A stretch of 37,591 nt of DNA from Candidatus Nealsonbacteria bacterium (GTDB lineage Bacteria; Patescibacteriota; Minisyncoccia; Minisyncoccales; JAGMDC01): assembly GCA_030643485.1 (NCBI GenBank), contig DAOWLG010000001.1:1-37591 (forward strand), read 5' to 3'. Below, piece by piece: positions 36,525 through 37,591 of this stretch. Numbering within the stretch: position 1 is the first letter of the stretch; each line of letters opens with the position of its first letter. Under the pieces are notes generated by a model. It had not been told where the DNA came from. It searched no databases and saw nothing but the letters and a program-made list of their open reading frames with translations. A program made the position numbers and the translations under genes.

Positions 36525-36680
36525 TTAGATTTTCCATCCGAAAATTTCATCTCCGAATTTTAATTTTTTCCCGTTTTCTAAAACTATTCCTTCCTCGCTT
36601 TTTTTCTTTATTTTTTTCCACCCCCCTTTTTTTAGAATTTTTTGACCAACTTGGACGTTTTTGCCCAATTTACAATTCAT
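36525..36680 (-). CDS. 51-aa basic protein, probable first early gene (not in ORF track)
   Basis: MNCKLGKNVQVGQKILKKGGWKK...FGWKI*; preceded by the TTTATTTTTTAA leader. Confidence 0.6.
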   Translation of the reverse strand: MNCKLGKNVQVGQKILKKGGWKKIKKKSEEGIVLENGKKLKFGDEIFGWKI

Positions 36681-36867
36681 AATAATATTTTTAAAAAATA
36701 AAGCTTCTTGATCTCTTCGATCCCCCCCCTATATAGAAGAAGAAGAAAAGGGGTCAAGCTTGCCATATTTTTTTCTTCTGTGTTTTTAAAGATCTTTTTT
36801 TAAAAAATGGAGGAAATTCAAATTGATGACTCGGTGGTCTATTGTCCCTCTCACTCTTTCTATATAT

Positions 36868-36896
36868 AGTATATAGGAAGAAGAATAAAAAAGCAA
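36868..36896 (-). promoter_or_regulatory. Candidate early sigma70 promoter
   Basis: TTGCTT, 17-bp spacer, TATACT on the minus strand. Confidence 0.6.
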
Positions 36897-36952
36897 GGCC
36901 AATAAACAAGAAATTTAATACTTCCAGTTGACAAGTTTTATCAGTGTTGTAG

Positions 36953-37124
36953 TTTAATGACGCACAATATTAAAACTTATTTTTTCTGTCAAGTTCCTTG
37001 TTTTTCTTTTAAATAACCTTAAAAACAAGCGCTAACTTTGAAAGTAAAAATTTACTCCTGTTTTTCGGTGGCTTTTATAAGCCAAAAAAGAGACGTCTCT
37101 TTTTTTGTATTGTGCGTCATTAAA
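36953..37124. repeat. 17-bp perfect inverted repeat pair enclosing a 22-bp palindrome
   Basis: TTTAATGACGCACAATA (36953-36969) and TATTGTGCGTCATTAAA (37108-37124); AAAAAAGAGACGTCTCTTTTTT (37084-37105). Confidence 0.9.
36964..36992 (-). promoter_or_regulatory. Candidate early sigma70 promoter
   Basis: TTGACA, 17-bp spacer, TATTGT on the minus strand. Confidence 0.55.
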
Positions 37125-37450
37125 AAAAAACCTCCCCCCTGATTTGTCCCCGTCGGCGCCCTGCCACTAGGCTCCCCCCTCTCTTCCCCTCTCCCCTAGG
37201 CATATATCTTTGATACAACTTTTTTTTAGAGATTTGAAATTTAAAAAAATTGTATGCCTGAGGGTTTCGGGTTTTCGGGAGTGAAATAGCCCTCCTTATT
37301 GGAATTTTCCAAAATTTTTGAAAAGTGTAAATTCCTAGCCAGGAGACGGCCCCAATCACTTATATTTTCAGCTTTTGATAGTTTTTCTGCCAGAAAACAT
37401 AACTCGACTCATCTTTTTTCTCTTTTTTTAAAGTATCAAAAAATTTTAAA

Positions 37451-37591
37451 AAGGTAAAGCAAAAAAAAAGGGCTGTTTAAACTCGTTTTGAGCTCTTTAA
37501 AAATTAGAAAGGTAGAATTACCTCCACTTTATTTTTCTTTGGCTTATTTCGGTATATGGGATAGCCAAGCCGCTCCGCGGCTTGCGTTCTG
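37451..37591 (+). repeat. Terminal direct repeat, right copy
   Basis: Identical to 1-141. Confidence 0.97.

Larger units (their letters stand above)
34009..36526 (-). repeat. Family of six intergenic hairpins: 36478-36526, 36083-36132, 35492-35537, 35048-35102, 34741-34793, 34009-34063
   Basis: A-rich GTAAG arm pairs with TTTATTTTTT arm; covarying 2-bp step; bulged base at the same position. Confidence 0.85.
1..37591 (-). mobile_element. Complete tailed dsDNA phage genome (podovirus-like gene set), circular unit about 37,450 bp
   Basis: Terminase, portal, scaffold, capsid, tail and lysis genes all on the minus strand; 141-bp identical ends; no host housekeeping genes. Confidence 0.95.

Noticed and set aside
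34009..36526. Integron attC cassette array
   Set aside because: No RYYYAAC/GTTRRRY boxes and no tyrosine recombinase; G-U pairing favours a sense-strand RNA structure.
36693..36775. Seventh copy of the early hairpin
   Set aside because: It has the 3-prime AG-C-TTTATTTTTT arm, but the 5-prime arm pairs poorly and overlaps a promoter-like TTGACC...TATATA sequence.
37120..37359. 79-aa ORF in the control region
   Set aside because: No ATG start, runs through the G tracts and inverted repeat, and has no recognisable motif.

Overview
This window looks like a complete, circularly permuted, AT-rich tailed phage genome of about 37,450 bp. Bases 1-141 equal 37451-37591, consistent with an assembler k-mer overlap. 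Every credible gene is on the minus strand. Reading in transcription order (right to left): a non-coding control region with sigma70-type promoters; small early genes (ArdC-like, HTH proteins, two 22-aa helical-repeat paralogs); a recombination block (RecT/Bet-like, PD-(D/E)XK exonuclease, NinB-like, DUF1064); terminase small and large subunits; a replication initiator; an accessory block (signal-peptide fibre-like protein, Tad2/DUF2829-like, LamG, methyltransferase, holin-like); a P22-like portal, scaffold and N4-gp56-type capsid; short-tail genes; two large ejection-type proteins (CHAP, LPD38-like); and an M23 peptidase. I recognised no integrase, DNA polymerase, tape measure, tRNA or CRISPR. 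Absence of Shine-Dalgarno motifs, TTGACA-type promoters and standard-code stops suggest, by inference only, a Patescibacteria/CPR-like host. Most notable observations: (1) six intergenic RNA hairpins with a shared, covarying mismatch/2-bp/bulge architecture that separate the early genes; (2) an unannotated CHAP domain in the -1 frame behind an A9 run of a membrane-anchored early protein; (3) two modular 22-aa repeat proteins that share identical DNA modules; (4) a c4/CI-like antisense arrangement upstream of the replication initiator. All family calls are from motif recognition by eye, not database searches.
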